Source of the DNA: Utricularia gibba
Lineage: Eukaryota; Plantae; Magnoliophyta
NCBI GenBank assembly: GCA_002189035.1
Contig: NEEC01000069.1
Span: forward strand, 1-38,316
DNA: 38,316 bases
Direction of reading: 5' to 3'
The position numbers were made by a program, and so were the translations under genes. Positions 10,201-23,559 of the stretch are shown piece after piece; position 1 is the stretch's first letter, and each line of letters begins with the position of its first letter. Under the pieces are notes generated by a model that did no database searches, was not told the DNA's origin, and saw only the letters and a list, made by a program, of their open reading frames with translations.

Positions 10201-13200
10201 GGTTTTTTTTCCTAATGGACGTCCCATTTTTCAGGTTCCATAAGACATAATTTTCTTGTATAATTTTATAAAGCTGTCCCAAGATTTTAAATATTTTTAG
10301 TCGTTTACTGAGGTTGGCATGCGTATCACAAAAAAAAAATAATAATAAAAAATAAAAAATCAAAGAACAAAAAAATTTGGATGCTATTTGCTTTTGAAGC
10401 AAGTTAAGCATAGAAATCTTACCACGTGAGTTGACTGAATGAAAACCAATGACTTTACTGAAATATTCATAGCTTCACTATGTAATGGCATCACTCTGTC
10501 CCTTAAACTAACAGGATTCCTGCCCTATTACTCAGCCTCCAAATGTTAGATCTTAAATTCTGTTCTCAGGTTGTTTCAGGTGGACCTCCGCCAGCAGCTT
10601 CAATGGGAATAGGACAGTTTTTTGAAACCAACGGTGGAAACCACATATTTTCCCCCAGCATGCTGTTTCAGACGTTATACTCAGAGAAGGTTCTGCTTTC
10701 AATTCTTAATGATAGTTACAAAGATGAACCTGTTTGCTACATTAATCTGGTATAGGATAAAACCTGATTACTTTTGGTTTTCAGGATTTGAATATGGAGG
10801 AGGATCATCCTCTTGCTGTAAATATTATGCTCTCTATTAGCATTGGTCTGCTACCTCTTTCATTATCCCTAACAACAACTGGATGTGGAATTAAGAAGAA
10901 TGATTATGTTGTGGAAGAATCAGGTGATTGATGAGTTAATAGTGAGTGTTTATTCACCCTCATGAGTTATGAGTTCCCTTAGTGATCAATGTTTGTTTGG
11001 AACTTATAAAGATTAATAGAGAAATAAAAAACTGTATATTGAGTCCTAAGTGGGTTGAAGGACTCAATAGTTCTGACGGGGTCATAGTCCCTATAGAATC
11101 TATCACTTCCTTTCTTTTTATTCCTCCTCCCGTGACTTATGTTTTCGGTGCAGAACTCTGTAAACTTCGCTGTTTCCCCCTGTGGCACTTGCTTGGGATG
11201 GAACATCTGGTTTGCATGTCTACCCAAATTTGCAGTCTGAGACACTTGTTGTGGATTCTTCTCCTGGCTTTTTGACTTCTTCTCAAGACACTGACAAAAC
11301 AACTGTGCTGATACTTGTACTCACCGTTAATCTTTTCATTTAACAAGGAAACCTCCATCTGTTTTTGGGTTTCTTAGTATTCCTTGTGCTCATCCTAATA
11401 GTTTTTGGTTCCCTGACATCTGCAGGCTGATCCACTCTGTTCATATAAAGCTACTTTTGGTGTTTCTCTTGGTAGCGCAGTGGGTAGATTCTTGATGTTA
11501 TATTTTCCAAGGGTAATATTTAAAGCTCTTTACCATCATAGACTTCATTCTGGTTCATGGGTCTGAATTTTTTAACCGCTATTTCTCAAAACTTCAAAAT
11601 GAGGCGTTATATTTTATTTCACTTTCCTACCCATTTACTTTTGGCACATATTACTGTTAAATGTATGTTTCTCTTCTTTGCAAATTCTCTGAGTTGCTTT
11701 CATTATTTCTCTAATGGATCAAAAACCATGCAGATATGTGGACTTTGCTTTGCAGTCATCTTTTTTGCTCTGATGTGCCAGACTTATGCACGGGATCTTG
11801 ATAAGCCTATACCTTCAGTTCTTTCTGCTATTGAATCAAATATGAGCAACTCAAGGACATTTTTGCTCCTCGTTGCAATTCCCATTGCTCTCATTTTGCT
11901 CTTATCTTTTCTCATCTTTCACTCTTCACCTCCAACTACAACCTTTTGTATTGTTTCAATCCTATGCTATATTGTTGCAAATGGCATAGTAGTTTTGCTA
12001 ACACTACTCTCCCAATTGTTTTTCTTTGTCTCCGGAAATTTCCATGTATCAATAAAGAAAAGGTTAGTCGATCTGTACATCAGCACATGTTTTTATTCTT
12101 CCTTGTGTTCATGCACTTCATTGCATGCCGTTCCATTATTATTTTGTAATCAAATGAATGAGATCCTTTGGATTAAAAAAAAATGCAGTTGGCAGTTAAA
12201 GGAAGGGAATATGAGTTTTCCTTGTGTTCGATGGCTTATCAATTTTTGGTTCAGATTCGTATCAGTAAAGGTAACCTTATGTAGAATTTATTTTTATGGA
12301 TGTTTCCGCCCATCTCGTTTAGGAATGTTACTGGATTATCCAGATTTGATTGTACAAATCTTCATTTTTTCATTTGTGCAGATTATAAGAGTACTCAGAA
12401 TGAATGCGATCCATTTTACCAGTGCCATTGCCATAGTCCTCATCTGTCTTGTACATCCAGCGTTGGGTCTCTTTGCATTACTCTTGTCACATGCTTCACA
12501 GTGCCATGGCGCTCTCTCCAGGCATCAGCTTATTTTTATTCCTTAGCACTTAGATTCATTGACCTCAATCCTGTCGCCCGTTTCTGATATTGCCTGTCTG
12601 TACACAGTTCTCTGATGGCTTCACTTCGCAGCCGTTGTACCAATGAGCAGCTTTATGCATCTCAAAACGAGGGCGATAACAATATATCTGATACAGATGG
12701 TATTGCCAGTTCAGAATCTGCAAGGAGCTACAATGAAACTCAGTTGGAGATCTTTCACCACCAACATGGCATACTTCTCCTGCATTTACTCGGATTCCTT
12801 ATGCTTCTACCTTCTCTCGTGGCCAGGTTTCAGGTACATGAAATCTCCCACATGCACTACCATACTACAACATTTAAACAATCCTTCCCCTATTTGCAGC
12901 GTGCCGGAACTGGCAAAACCCTGCCTCCTCTCGAGGATTCTACACTTTGTATCGGCATCATTCTCCATGGCTTGAGCCATTCTATCCCCGAATCAGGTCC
13001 ATTTTCGTTGGGAACGCAGGTGACTCCCCGGTGGGAGCTCAGAGTGAGGCTTGTCTGCTATCTCCTGGCCGGACATTTCTGCTTTGTGTGCGCCTTGGCA
13101 TCAGCTCCCTACAGAGTGTTCTATGCAATGGCGGCAGTTGGAGTGCTCTCATTCAGCTGTAGGATCATGGGGACGAGGCACAGAAACAAAACGGGAGAGA

Positions 13201-13232
13201 CGCGCCACAGATCCAAAAAACACTCCCACTGA
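7259..13232 (+). CDS. PGAP1: GPI inositol-deacylase (PGAP1/BST1-like alpha/beta hydrolase), multi-exon
   Basis: N-terminal TM followed by NGCVMTYMYPTY, LYLYHEGW, GVPVLFIPGNGGSYKQ|VRSL, DWFAVDLEGEHSA, the nucleophile motif GHSMGG (near 8230), TLSSPHQ, SMKNVWLSMEHQVILWCNQL and IEPGSQTEQAPPSA. Several C-terminal TM exons end in HRSKKHSH* at 13232. Some internal junctions were not resolved. Confidence 0.93.
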
Positions 13233-14093
13233 ACATTTTTTGAGAGTTCCTCTTATCTGATTTTCAATCATTTTTGAAGCTGACTGCTTTTTCCCCTCAG
13301 TTACTTAATACTACAACAATGGCATTTATTTATTTATTTATTATTTGATGAGAGAGTAGATTCGAAATCAGAATTGGTCAAAATTACTTATTTATTTTAA
13401 ATATCCTAAAAGTGACTGATTTTTTTTTTTAATTTGACCGAGTTTGTGAGTGTTTTGATTCTTTAGTAATTAATTGTGGAGAATAAATTAATTTGAATAA
13501 ATCAGTCAAAACTAATGATAAAAATTATATTCTCATCAATTTTCTAAAGGATTCCACGCGTCTCGCGTCTCGTCCCACGATGACAACCTAATTCCTCTGA
13601 ATTCGCTCTTTTCTTCCGGTTTGGGCGCTATTCGAACGTCTGCGTTCATTTAAGGCGCTTTTTCGGTGGTATTCTGCCACCATTCCGCTGCATTGAGCGT
13701 TTCAAAGGGCAAACCTGTTATTGGATTTGTATGCGCAGCAGAAATAGCGGAGTCCGCTGCCTGATTTCGTGTTCGTTTTTTTTTTTTTTTGTTTGCGTGT
13801 TCGTTCGATGGTTCTCGTATCCATTTATTGCTTTGCCCTTGTGGAGTTCTGTCGTCCGTTACCGTGATTGTTTTTGGGTTTTATCCATTTCGGATTGAGG
13901 ATCTGGTATTTTGGAAAAAGGAGAAAGATTGGAGCCGATTTTTCGTGGTTCATTGGCCGTATGGAAAGGGGTTGCAGCCGAATTGTTCTTTGTTTGAGGG
14001 TTTGGAGTTGAAAATCGGGTCTTTCTAGTGTCATTCTGGCCATCGGTGTAAATTTTGCTCCGTCTTGTTTTTGTCTTTTCAAGTGGGCAAGAT

Positions 14094-15819
14094 ATGGTGG
14101 TACATCTAGAGGAGAATGTGAGTGGGCGGTGTTTAAAGCAGGAACGAAGAGATCCTGAAATAAAGAATTCGGTGAATGGTGAGGATACAAAATTAGATGG
14201 GGATTCCTTCAATTTCGATGATTTGCTGCCTAGCGATCCTTTTGGAATGGAGGTGAGCATAAATTTACCCAACGATTTTACTATAGATTTCAACATCAGT
14301 CTCCCTGTGGATCCTTTTGGGATGGATTTCAGTATAGAGACCACTGTGTCTTCTGTTGGTGATTGGATCAAGGATTTTGGGTTGCAAACATCCCAGAAGG
14401 AGAAAGATAGGGGTACTATTGAAGATGGATTCGAAGATGATGAATGTGTTGCAAAAGTCAATTTTAGTTTGCCTACTCCTGAAGAGGAAATAAAAAATGT
14501 GGTGGTCGATGCTGATTCAATGATGCACGAGGAAGATGAAGCAAGCAGTGATCACAAGTCACTCTCTAGTGAAATGAAGGATTTTATGCTATTTGATTGT
14601 GAAAAGTGTGAACATGACGATAGGAGGAGTTTCAGTTCTGATGAGGAAGGTTCTCAGGTGGATGCTATACTTTTTTCTCTTGGCTATCTTAGCATCAAGG
14701 AGTTGTTTACAGTTGAACGCATTTGCAAGAGATTGAATGATGCTGTTCGGGATAATCCTCCCTTTGGAGAAATATTGCTATTGGCCATCCTTTTTCTGAT
14801 TTGATTACAGATAGTGCTCTTTTGAAACTAACAAATAGAGCTCAGGGTACACTTCACAGCTTGAGCCTTGTGAAGTGTCCGAAAATCACTATTTCTGGTC
14901 TGAGACACGTACTCCAAGCCAATGCACGACTGACCAAGGTCTGACTATGTTTCCAAGATCTCTTTTTTAATGATTACTGTTTCCTTTTCTTTACTTCTTC
15001 CTTTTTTAAATTAAATATATGGAAGGCGCTTTGTGTTTGTCGATGTTGCTGTTACCACATGCCATTCTTAATTTCTTATATCGCTGGTGATGCATGGATT
15101 TAAGAATAATTGGTCATTAATGTTACTACACGTTTTATTTATGAATCGCTTTGCAGATAAGAAGATTTAAAAAATCTTAAGGCTTGTCACCGTTATTATA
15201 TTAGTTTTTCAAGCCTTAGAATTTATTGGAACAAGTTTCATCCTATTTCTACACCAGGATATGTTCTCTAGCGAGGAGTTCTAATATGGTATCTACTTTT
15301 GTGGTGCAGTTAAATGTGGCAGGATGTATGAAACTCACTGTTGGAAGTGTTTATGAGACAATAAAGATCTTCAACTCTGCTGCCCAGCCGGGTATAAAAA
15401 AGTTGAGGATTGGCAACCTAAATGGTTTGACAGAACAGCTCTTCAATGATTTTAAGCTTCTTTTAGGTGATAATGGGAAAAGGCAATGTGAAAACTATAA
15501 ACCAAGATTTTTTCGTGATGGAGAAGTGTATCTTTCCCTGGAAGATGAGCGTGTTATAGACATTGAAATATGTCCAAGATGTCAGCGGCCTAGTCAAGTG
15601 TATGACTGTCCTGCAGAGAACTGCCCAGCCAAGATCAATTCCACCGTCTGCAGAGCTTGCATATGCTGCATTCCTCGATGTGTCCACTGCGGCTGCTGTT
15701 TGGTGGACAGACCATATGTGGAAACCTTTTTTCTGGAGCCACTTTGCATCCCCTGCTGGACCTTAACGGATATGACTTGGGAGTGCCTAGTTTCTGTTTG
15801 TTGCCACATTCAGGGGTGA
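14094..15819 (+). CDS. SKIP14: F-box protein SKIP14-like (F-box, LRR-like region, Cys-rich C-terminus); one apparent -1 frameshift at about 14760
   Basis: Exon 1 (14094-14938) contains LPSDPFGM and the F-box ILFSLGYLSIKELFTVERICKRL. After a 1-nt shift it continues WRNIAIGHPFSDLITDSALLKLTNRAQG. Exon 2 (15310-15819) contains IDIEICPRC..VYDCPAENC..CRACICCIPRCVHCG. Confidence 0.88.
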
Positions 15820-16911
15820 CATCGTTGCTAGAAGCATGATCAGTATGTTATATTCCATCTGTTTGTTGATATGAACAAGTAAGCTGGTTCCCCGAAGCCT
15901 GGTTTTCCTGCGAACGGAGTTACTTGGCATGGATTTCTCATAAATACTGATGCCCCCTATTCAGCTGTGGAGAGACAGATTACCATCCATAGTTGTTCTT
16001 GCGAAAGAGATTACTATCGCCGTGCTGTAAAGGGGATTCGGAAGACGTAGAGCAGAAGACATGAAATGCGAGATGAGTAGCATGAGATGTGACCAGAAAG
16101 CTGCGAGGAGTGTGCCTGCGCAGGAGAACCCCCTGAAGTGACTCTTGCACTGTTCAGCCTAACCACGAGAACCATTTATCTGTGAGGTGTGATCCCAGGA
16201 AACTTTGGAGCACCACTTGCTGCACTCTATTCACCCAGCTCGGCGCAGCCCTTTGGATTCTTCGCCAGCTTGCAAGGTTTACCCCTCTTGATCTCCCCTT
16301 CTGTGTGATGCGAGTCCACGGCTGCCGACAGACAGACTGGCTCTTCACCAAGGTGAGGCTCTCAACCAAGATGAAGTCCCAGCTTTGTGGGTCTTCTGCC
16401 GTGTCTTTCTGAACCATCACGTGTCATTGTCCGTGGAACTTACCAGTATTCTAGTCAACATGCTTTCTTTTTTTATTCCGATCATCTCTTATCGGAGCCC
16501 CATCAAAAACCAGTCATGGGAAAGTGTGGGCCAAGTCCATGGGGAGAATTGGACCTTAACCCATTTTTAAAAATTAACACTCACGAGCCCATCGAATTTC
16601 ACTGTAAGGCTATGGCGTTAATTCCAGCAAGCGAGTGTAGTCCCTGAAAACATCCTCAGCAGAAGTTAAACTGGATGTGTTCAATGTCGTCGTCTGAAAA
16701 CATGTTACCGTGTGTCCAGAATGAGCACTGCCCAACCCCACTGTCAATAATTCTGATACAGAGGAGTCGTGTATCCAATAAATGGCATTCGATTCGTTCA
16801 GCGCAAGGCGAGTGCAGGCCACATGGACACAGTGCACAAAAGAAGGGAAGCATGCTTTAGGAGCACATGGCGCTCGGAGCATCCATTTCTCCCTAGGACA
16901 GCGCGGCTTGC

Positions 16912-16935
16912 TTGCGGTTGCGGTTGCGGTTGCGG
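16912..16935 (+). repeat. (TTGCGG)4 hexanucleotide microsatellite
   Basis: Read directly: ttgcggttgcggttgcggttgcgg. Confidence 0.9.
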
Positions 16936-18003
16936 CTGAGATTACTTACCACTAGCCAGCTCCTGTCATCCGACGGCTGTGCCCCCGATCCGAGAGAATG
17001 CGACACGTCCCCACGCTCGGTTGCGACTTGTCCTAAAGGCAAGGGGCCCCGCCCCCTCCTCGTCGTCTTCTTCATTCCTGCTTTTTCCATCACATCGGGC
17101 GGGCATTTTCTGCTTCACAAGTTTTCGACTAATCCCATCTCGTTTTCATAGATCAGAAGCGAGGAATTAGGGCAGGATTGTGATGAATTTGGGGCCGGCG
17201 AAGTGGTTCATCGTCGACAGGTTTAGAGGTGGGAGGGGATCACGTGCTCCTCGCCACCTTTTTATTAAGACACGGCAACCACCAATCATGCAAAAACACG
17301 CATCATAAATTTTAATTAAATAATGTTTGGTCCTCCATTAAAGTTCATATAGTGTATTTTAATTTACATACAATTAATATATATTATTATTTAATGTGAT
17401 TATTTATCCATTATAATTAAATATATCATAATATTATTAATATATATATACATATATGTCTTATTCCCGGTTCATAACAAACTCCGAACCCGGTTTGGGA
17501 ATATTTACCCCGTGCCCCACGTGGAAATGTCGGGGGTACTTTTGAGAATTGGTATAAAGTAACTTTATTGCAAATGGCAGGCAGGCGGCATGATGCCATT
17601 GGAGAATATCCCATTCAATTAAAAAATCTCGCATTTATTTATTTGGAATCACTAATTTGTTATTTAACCTTTTTTTAATCGAATTAAAAGTTAAAAAATA
17701 ATAAATAATGCACAAATTGTGCAGATAAGGGATAGGCAGTTATCAAGCAATAAAGTGGTGCGGGTGGGGGACTACCGGTGGCCTTTCCGGCAGCCGCCGC
17801 CCAAAAGTGACCGGAGGACTTTGGAAGTTTTCTTTTCTTATCCGTTTTGTAAGGGGGAAAGGTAATTGAAAGGAAATCTGACGTATCTTACACATCATGC
17901 ACTTAATTGGTCATTAAAGTGGGGGCGATCGGATTTGTGCAGCCAGCGCCAGCGGTTGCCTTGTTGAACCTTTTCGATTCATCACCAGCACCACGGAGAG
18001 AAA

Positions 18004-20042
18004 ATGTCTCTGCCCATGAACTTTCCGCTGAGATGGGAGAGCACGGGGGACCAGTGGTGGTACGTGTCTCCGGTGGATTGGGCGGCGGCGAATGGGCATT
18101 ACGACGTCGTGCGTGAACTTATCCGACTGGACGCTAACAACCTCATCAAACTGACGTCCCTTCGCAGAATCCGGAGACTGGAGACTGTTTGGGACGACGA
18201 GGCGCAGTTTCAGAATGTCGCCAAGTGCAGGTCGGAGGTGGCGAGGAATCTATTGATTGAGTGTCAGGGCAAAGAGGGGAAGGATCCATTAAATGGTGGC
18301 GGATATGGCGGTTGGCTTCTTTACACGGCGGCTTCTGCGGGGATTTGGGTTTTGTACAGGAACTATTGGGGCGAGATCCGTTATTGGTGTTCGGGAAGGT
18401 GAATATGGGTTACGGATATTCTTTACGCCGCCGCGAGGAGCAAAAATACGGAGGTCTTCAGAATTGTTCTCGATTTCGCGGCCTTTCCTCGCCTTGGGGA
18501 CCAAATCGGGACGCGATTCCGTCGGCGTACAGGCTGGAAATCATGAATAGGGCTCTTCATGCCGCCGCGAGGGGCGGTAACCTCAAATTGCTCAAGGAGC
18601 TTTTGCGCGATTCCGTATCCGAGGACTCCTTGATGGGATACAGAGATGTTAACGGCGCCACGATTTTGCACGCCGCCGCCGGCCGTGGACAGGTTGAGGT
18701 GAGACAACTATCCGATAGAAAAAAAAAAGAAGAACTCTTCAATTTCTACTCCAGAGACTGACTGATTCTGTCCCCCGGAAAAAAAATTATTTTTGCAGGT
18801 GGTGACAGATTTGCTTTCTTCTGCACCGGAGATGGTGTTTTCTACAGACAACCACGGCAACACGCCGCTGCACTTGGCCGCAAACAGAGGCCATTTATCC
18901 ACCGTGGAAGCATTAATCTCCTCATCCCCGACGCTCATCACCGCTCGGAACGACGCAGGCGAAACATTTCTCCACGCTGTCATCTCAGGCTTCCAGAACC
19001 CCTGTTTCCACCAGTAGATCACCAAATCAATCTCCTGAAGCGGTTACTGAACGGAGAAATTTTCAATATCCAACAAGTGATCAACGCACAGACCAACAAA
19101 GGGAAAACTCCTCTCCACCTAGCGATCACGGAGAACGTTCACTCCGATCTTGTCGAGCTTCTAATGACCGTCGAATCAATCGATGTAAACATCCGGGATG
19201 GAGATGGGTTAACCCCTTTGGATACTCTGCGCCGGAAGCCGAACACTCCGTCATCAGAGATCCTCACCAGGCAACTGATTTCCGCCGGAGGTATTTTCAG
19301 CACGCAGGATTACTCCGCGAGAAAAGTATTCGCCTCCCATATCAGGAAACAGAGTATGGGTAGCAGCCCCGGAACCTCGTTCCGGATCAGCGACATCGAA
19401 ATATTTCTCTACACCGGAATAGAGACCCCCTCAGAACCGTATCGGCTGAGCACCACAATCTCTCCGGATATATACAACAGCCCGCCGCCGAAAGGCGTGA
19501 AACCCGAGTCTTGTTCTTCTGCAGGTCATCCACGCGGAAAAGGGATTCTTTACACATGGTCCAAAACCTCAGAGAAGATCAAGAAACTGGTGGAAGTCAA
19601 ATGCACCACCGCGAATTCAGACCAAGTTCACATCCCTCTCCGGCAGAGATTCTCCAAGCCAGGCGCCGCAACCTCTTCTTCCAACATCAGCAGCGGTTAC
19701 TGCAATAAACGCCCCCTTTCAGTCCATTCGAGTCCAATGGCGAAAAAGAAGCAAGCTTCCGAAACAGCACAGAGAAACGGGAGACCCCAGAAATCGCGAT
19801 CGAGTTCATTCTCTAAGTTATCGTTCTCTTCTTTGAGTTCCTTGGAAGCCATCGGAAAAGGAGACATTCAATGCGACGGCGAGATTTGTGATACCCTGCA
19901 GGCGCGGAGGCAGACCCAGCGCAATCTCTGGGGAACAAGGAGACTCATGAATCGTTATCTCTGCTTCGGCGGTCTGAGGAAACATCCTCTGGCTCAATCG
20001 AAGAAGCCGTACAACGATCTCGGCGTCCTCTCCGCCGCTTGA
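18004..20042 (+). CDS. Ankyrin-repeat protein (2 exons: 18004-18698, 18799-20042), interrupted by about 5 apparent -1 frameshifts
   Basis: Motifs include WWYVSPVDWAAANGH, RRIRRLETVWDDE, GYGGWLLYTAASAGDLGFV, EGEYGVTDILYAAARS, NRALHAAARGGN, GATILHAAAGRGQVE, GNTPLHLAANRGH and GKTPLHLAI. The C-terminus is Ser-rich. Conserved blocks switch frame at G-runs 18339, 18393, 18407 and 18508, and again near 19010. Confidence 0.9.
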
Positions 20043-20219
20043 CTCATCACCTGGGTTCTTTCGTACAGTGGGTATGCATCACATTCACACAAGCCATAAC
20101 ATATGTTGACCTTTGTTTGACTTTTTTCAATAAATACTGTGTGTTATTTTAAAAAATAATATCAATTTTTTTAATGGAGCCTAAATATTAATTTATTGAG
20201 TCAGAAGCCATCATGGATC

Positions 20220-20329
20220 TGGGCCTTCTTCGATTGTGTCTAGTTGGGCCTACACCACGGGCCCATCAGTGTTTCTCTAGCTGATGCTTTCGGACGCGGG
20301 CCCCTATCCTTGTCGGGAACTGGGGCCCA
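20220..20329. promoter_or_regulatory. Cluster of Site II / TCP-type (TGGGCC, GGGCCC) motifs upstream of LHT1
   Basis: Motifs at 20220, 20245, 20259, 20298 and 20321, five within about 110 bp. Confidence 0.4.
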
Positions 20330-20988
20330 TCCAACATGTCCTTTTTTGAAAACGACCGCAAGTGCACCAGTTCATTGAGGAAATAAAATTATAGAATAAT
20401 ATACCTTAATGGAAAAACATGTGGAAATTAAGAAATAAATAAAAAATACATATAATATTAATTATATATTAATATTTCTTTCTTCTTCTTCTTTTTTTTG
20501 TATAAATAGGAATGGGCTAGTTGGGCATTTATTCCATCGGGAAAGTGGCTTGACTTTTGTGAACAAGCTACCTGGGAAACATTAAAAAGCCTCTCTTTCT
20601 TGTTTTGATTTTTTCTAAAAAAAATCCCCAAAAAATATCAAATACAGTTTGTTTTATTCCCAGTTGCCTGGACTTTATGGGTGAACTGCTGCAGAAATTC
20701 TTATGGTACTTGCGCTCCTCCCATTGAAGAAAGACCACTGCTTTCTGATTCAACGCTATGTATGTTTTTGAAATAACTTCAACTGCGATACATCCGCCTT
20801 TCTTTTTGGGCGGTTGTGTTTCTCCTTGGAAGACATGCTACCGCTCTCTAGGGTGGGGGTTTGTCTCCTGGGAAACTTGGGTGCTGTTTTTAAATGAAGA
20901 TCTTCAAATATAAATAAGTTGCAGTGCAGGTAAAAGGGAAGGTAAGTGGAAGTGGGTAGTTTCTTCTGTTCCTGCTTTGGATCTCAGC

Positions 20989-23039
20989 ATGGGAGCAGAA
21001 GGGGACAGCTACTCCAAAGACGTAAGTGTTCTTGTTAGGCCTTCGGCCAAGTCGAGGATCATAAGCACTATGAGATTTCCTTCTGAGAGCTGAGAGAATT
21101 TGGGTTTAGATGGGTGTGCTATTACATGAATTTAAAATGGTATGCATACGCATTCTAACTGAATCAGAAGTGAGTTTACAGGCTTCTGGAGGGGTTGATT
21201 TTTTCGTCTTGTTCTTCGCAAGAGTGAATTTTTTGTATCCTGTAAACCAGGTTTGTATGTGGCGGTTGTGTGTGATAGGAATTTGTGGACAATCGGACTG
21301 AAGAGGAGAAGGCAATCGACGCATGGCTTCCCATCACAGCCAAAAGAACAGCCAAATGGTGGTACTCTGCTTTCCACAATGTCACCGCCATGGTCGGAGC
21401 AGGAGTCCTCAGCCTCCCCTACGCCATGTCCGAGCTCGGATGGTAACCAAACACACTCCTTGTCATCCAAAAACCTCACGAATCGAATACTAAGAGTGCG
21501 ATGACAGGGGACCAGGAGTCACAGTGATGATCCTGTCATGGATCATTACCCTCTACACCTTGTGGCAGATGGTGGAGATGCACGAGATGGTTCCCGGAAG
21601 GCGGTTCGATCGGTACCATGAACTGGGACAGTACGCCTTCGGAGACAAGCTGGGTCTGTACATCGTCGTCCCTCAACAGCTGGTCTGCGAGGTTGGAATC
21701 GACATCGTGTACATGGTGACGGGTGGAAGGTCACTCAAGAAATTCCATGAGTTGGTGTGTAGGGATTGCAAGCAAATCAAGCTTACATACTTCATCTTCA
21801 TATATGCATCTGTGCACTTCGTGCTCTCCCATCTCCCCGACTTCAATTCCATCTCCGGCGTCTCATTAGCCGCAGCAGTCATGTCCTTGAGGTACCCCAC
21901 ATAGTGATCCGTTGTAGATTGAGTTTTTGAGGCTTGTTTGCAGAAGCCGATCACCATTCATTTACTTCCGGTGGTTGTTTAGTTACTCCACGATTGCCTG
22001 GACGGCGTCCGTGCACAAGGGAGTGCAGCCAAATGTGGAGTACGGCTATGCAGCCTCGACAACATCGGGAACTGTTTTCAACATCCTGAGCGCGTTGGGG
22101 ATGTCGCGAACGCGTACGCCGGGCACAACGTTGTTCTAGAGATTCAAGCCGCGATGCCTTCGACGCCGGAGAAGCCGTCGAAGATCCCCATGTGGCGAGG
22201 CGTCGTCGTTGCGTACATCATCGTAGCCCTGTGCTACTTCCCGGTGGCGTTCATCGGCTACTGGATGTTCGGCAACGTCGTACAGGATGACATCCTCATT
22301 TCCTTGGAGAAGCCCGCTTGGTTGATCGCCATGGCCAACTTATTCGTCGTGGTTCATGTCATCGGAAGCTATCAGGTACACAAAACCAACACATGAACAC
22401 ACCCACTGCTTCAGCTGTTCCGAGCTCAGCTGCTTCCCTTTCCAGGTGTACGCAATGCCGGTTTTCGACATGATGGAGACGGTCCTGGTAAAGCAAATGC
22501 GATTCAAGCCGACTTGGCAGCTCCGGTTCATCACACGAAACATCTACGTTGGTACAGTGCATCTGATCTCATCACTCCTCCATGCCCTGTCTCTTCTCCT
22601 GTGTCATCCCCTACGGTTTCTTGATTTCCAGCATTCACCATGATCGTGGGCATGTCTTTTCCCTTCTTCGGCGGCCTTCTCGGGTTCTTCGGTGGCTTCG
22701 CCTTCGCCCAACCACATACTTCGTAAGCCATAAACTGCTTCTGCACTCACTTTTGCCCCTCTGCACCTGTCTGAATCTCAAACCGCTGAATTTCGTCCAG
22801 CTTCCCTGCATCATGTGGCTCGCCATCCGCAAGCCCAGAAGATTCTCCCTGTCGTGGTTCACCAATTGGTAACTGCAGCTACCAATTCGAAAATAGGTTG
22901 CATTCACTGAGATTGTTCACTGAAAACAGAAAACTGGCAGATTTGCATCGTTCTTGGAGTGCTGCTGATGGTGATTTCCCCGATCGGAGGGCTCCAGCAG
23001 ATCATCGTCCAGGCCAAGAGCTACACCTTCTTCTCCTGA
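20989..23039 (+). CDS. LHT1: Lysine/histidine transporter 1-like (AAAP family); one apparent -1 frameshift at 22097-22100
   Basis: Exon 1 (20989-21021) encodes [11 protein letters not shown]. Later exons give [104 protein letters not shown] and SPIGGL. It ends YTFFS* at 23039. Confidence 0.95.
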
Positions 23040-23521
23040 GAAAAAGGGGATGATGTCACACGGCGGCCACCCTCAAACGCCCATGCGCAGCATACTTTGT
23101 AGTTTCCATTGCTTATGCTTACGATTCACCAAATGAGAAATAGAATCTTAAAAGTATTATAAATATATGATATTCAATTTACTTGCATAAAATGAATATG
23201 ATATTTTATTTTTAGTTTTAGTTTTTATGTTGGGGTGAAAATGAAATATTTTATATATAATATATTACATGAATTTTATATCAAAAAGTTAGCATGATAT
23301 AATTAAATAGATAATAGAGTGTATATTAATATTAATAGATTGTATCTAAAATGTATTTCATGCATGTTTTTCTGATACATCAAATCATTAATTTCAAGAC
23401 CATGTAGATAGATATTGAAAGGTACATGCTACATAATATAGATAAATGAGGATACAAACTTGCAACACAAATGCCAGCCAGCCGTGTCCCCTTGGAAGCC
23501 GGACACTTGAGACACTGAAAG

Positions 23522-23549
23522 CTCTCTCTCTCTCTGTCTCTCTCTCTCT
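23522..23549 (+). repeat. Interrupted (CT)n microsatellite, probably in a 5' UTR
   Basis: ctctctctctctct-gt-ctctctctctct lies just upstream of ATG 23560. Confidence 0.85.
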
Positions 23550-23559
23550 TCATCACACG

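Noticed and set aside
13789-14461. ORFs of 79-200 aa around the F-box 5' end
   Set aside because: They are antisense shadows or 5' UTR/intron sequence with no family motifs.
17290-17640. AT-rich tract with a short imperfect inverted repeat (TACCCCG..CGGGGGTA, about 17505-17538), possibly a MITE remnant
   Set aside because: I could not identify paired terminal inverted repeats or a target-site duplication.
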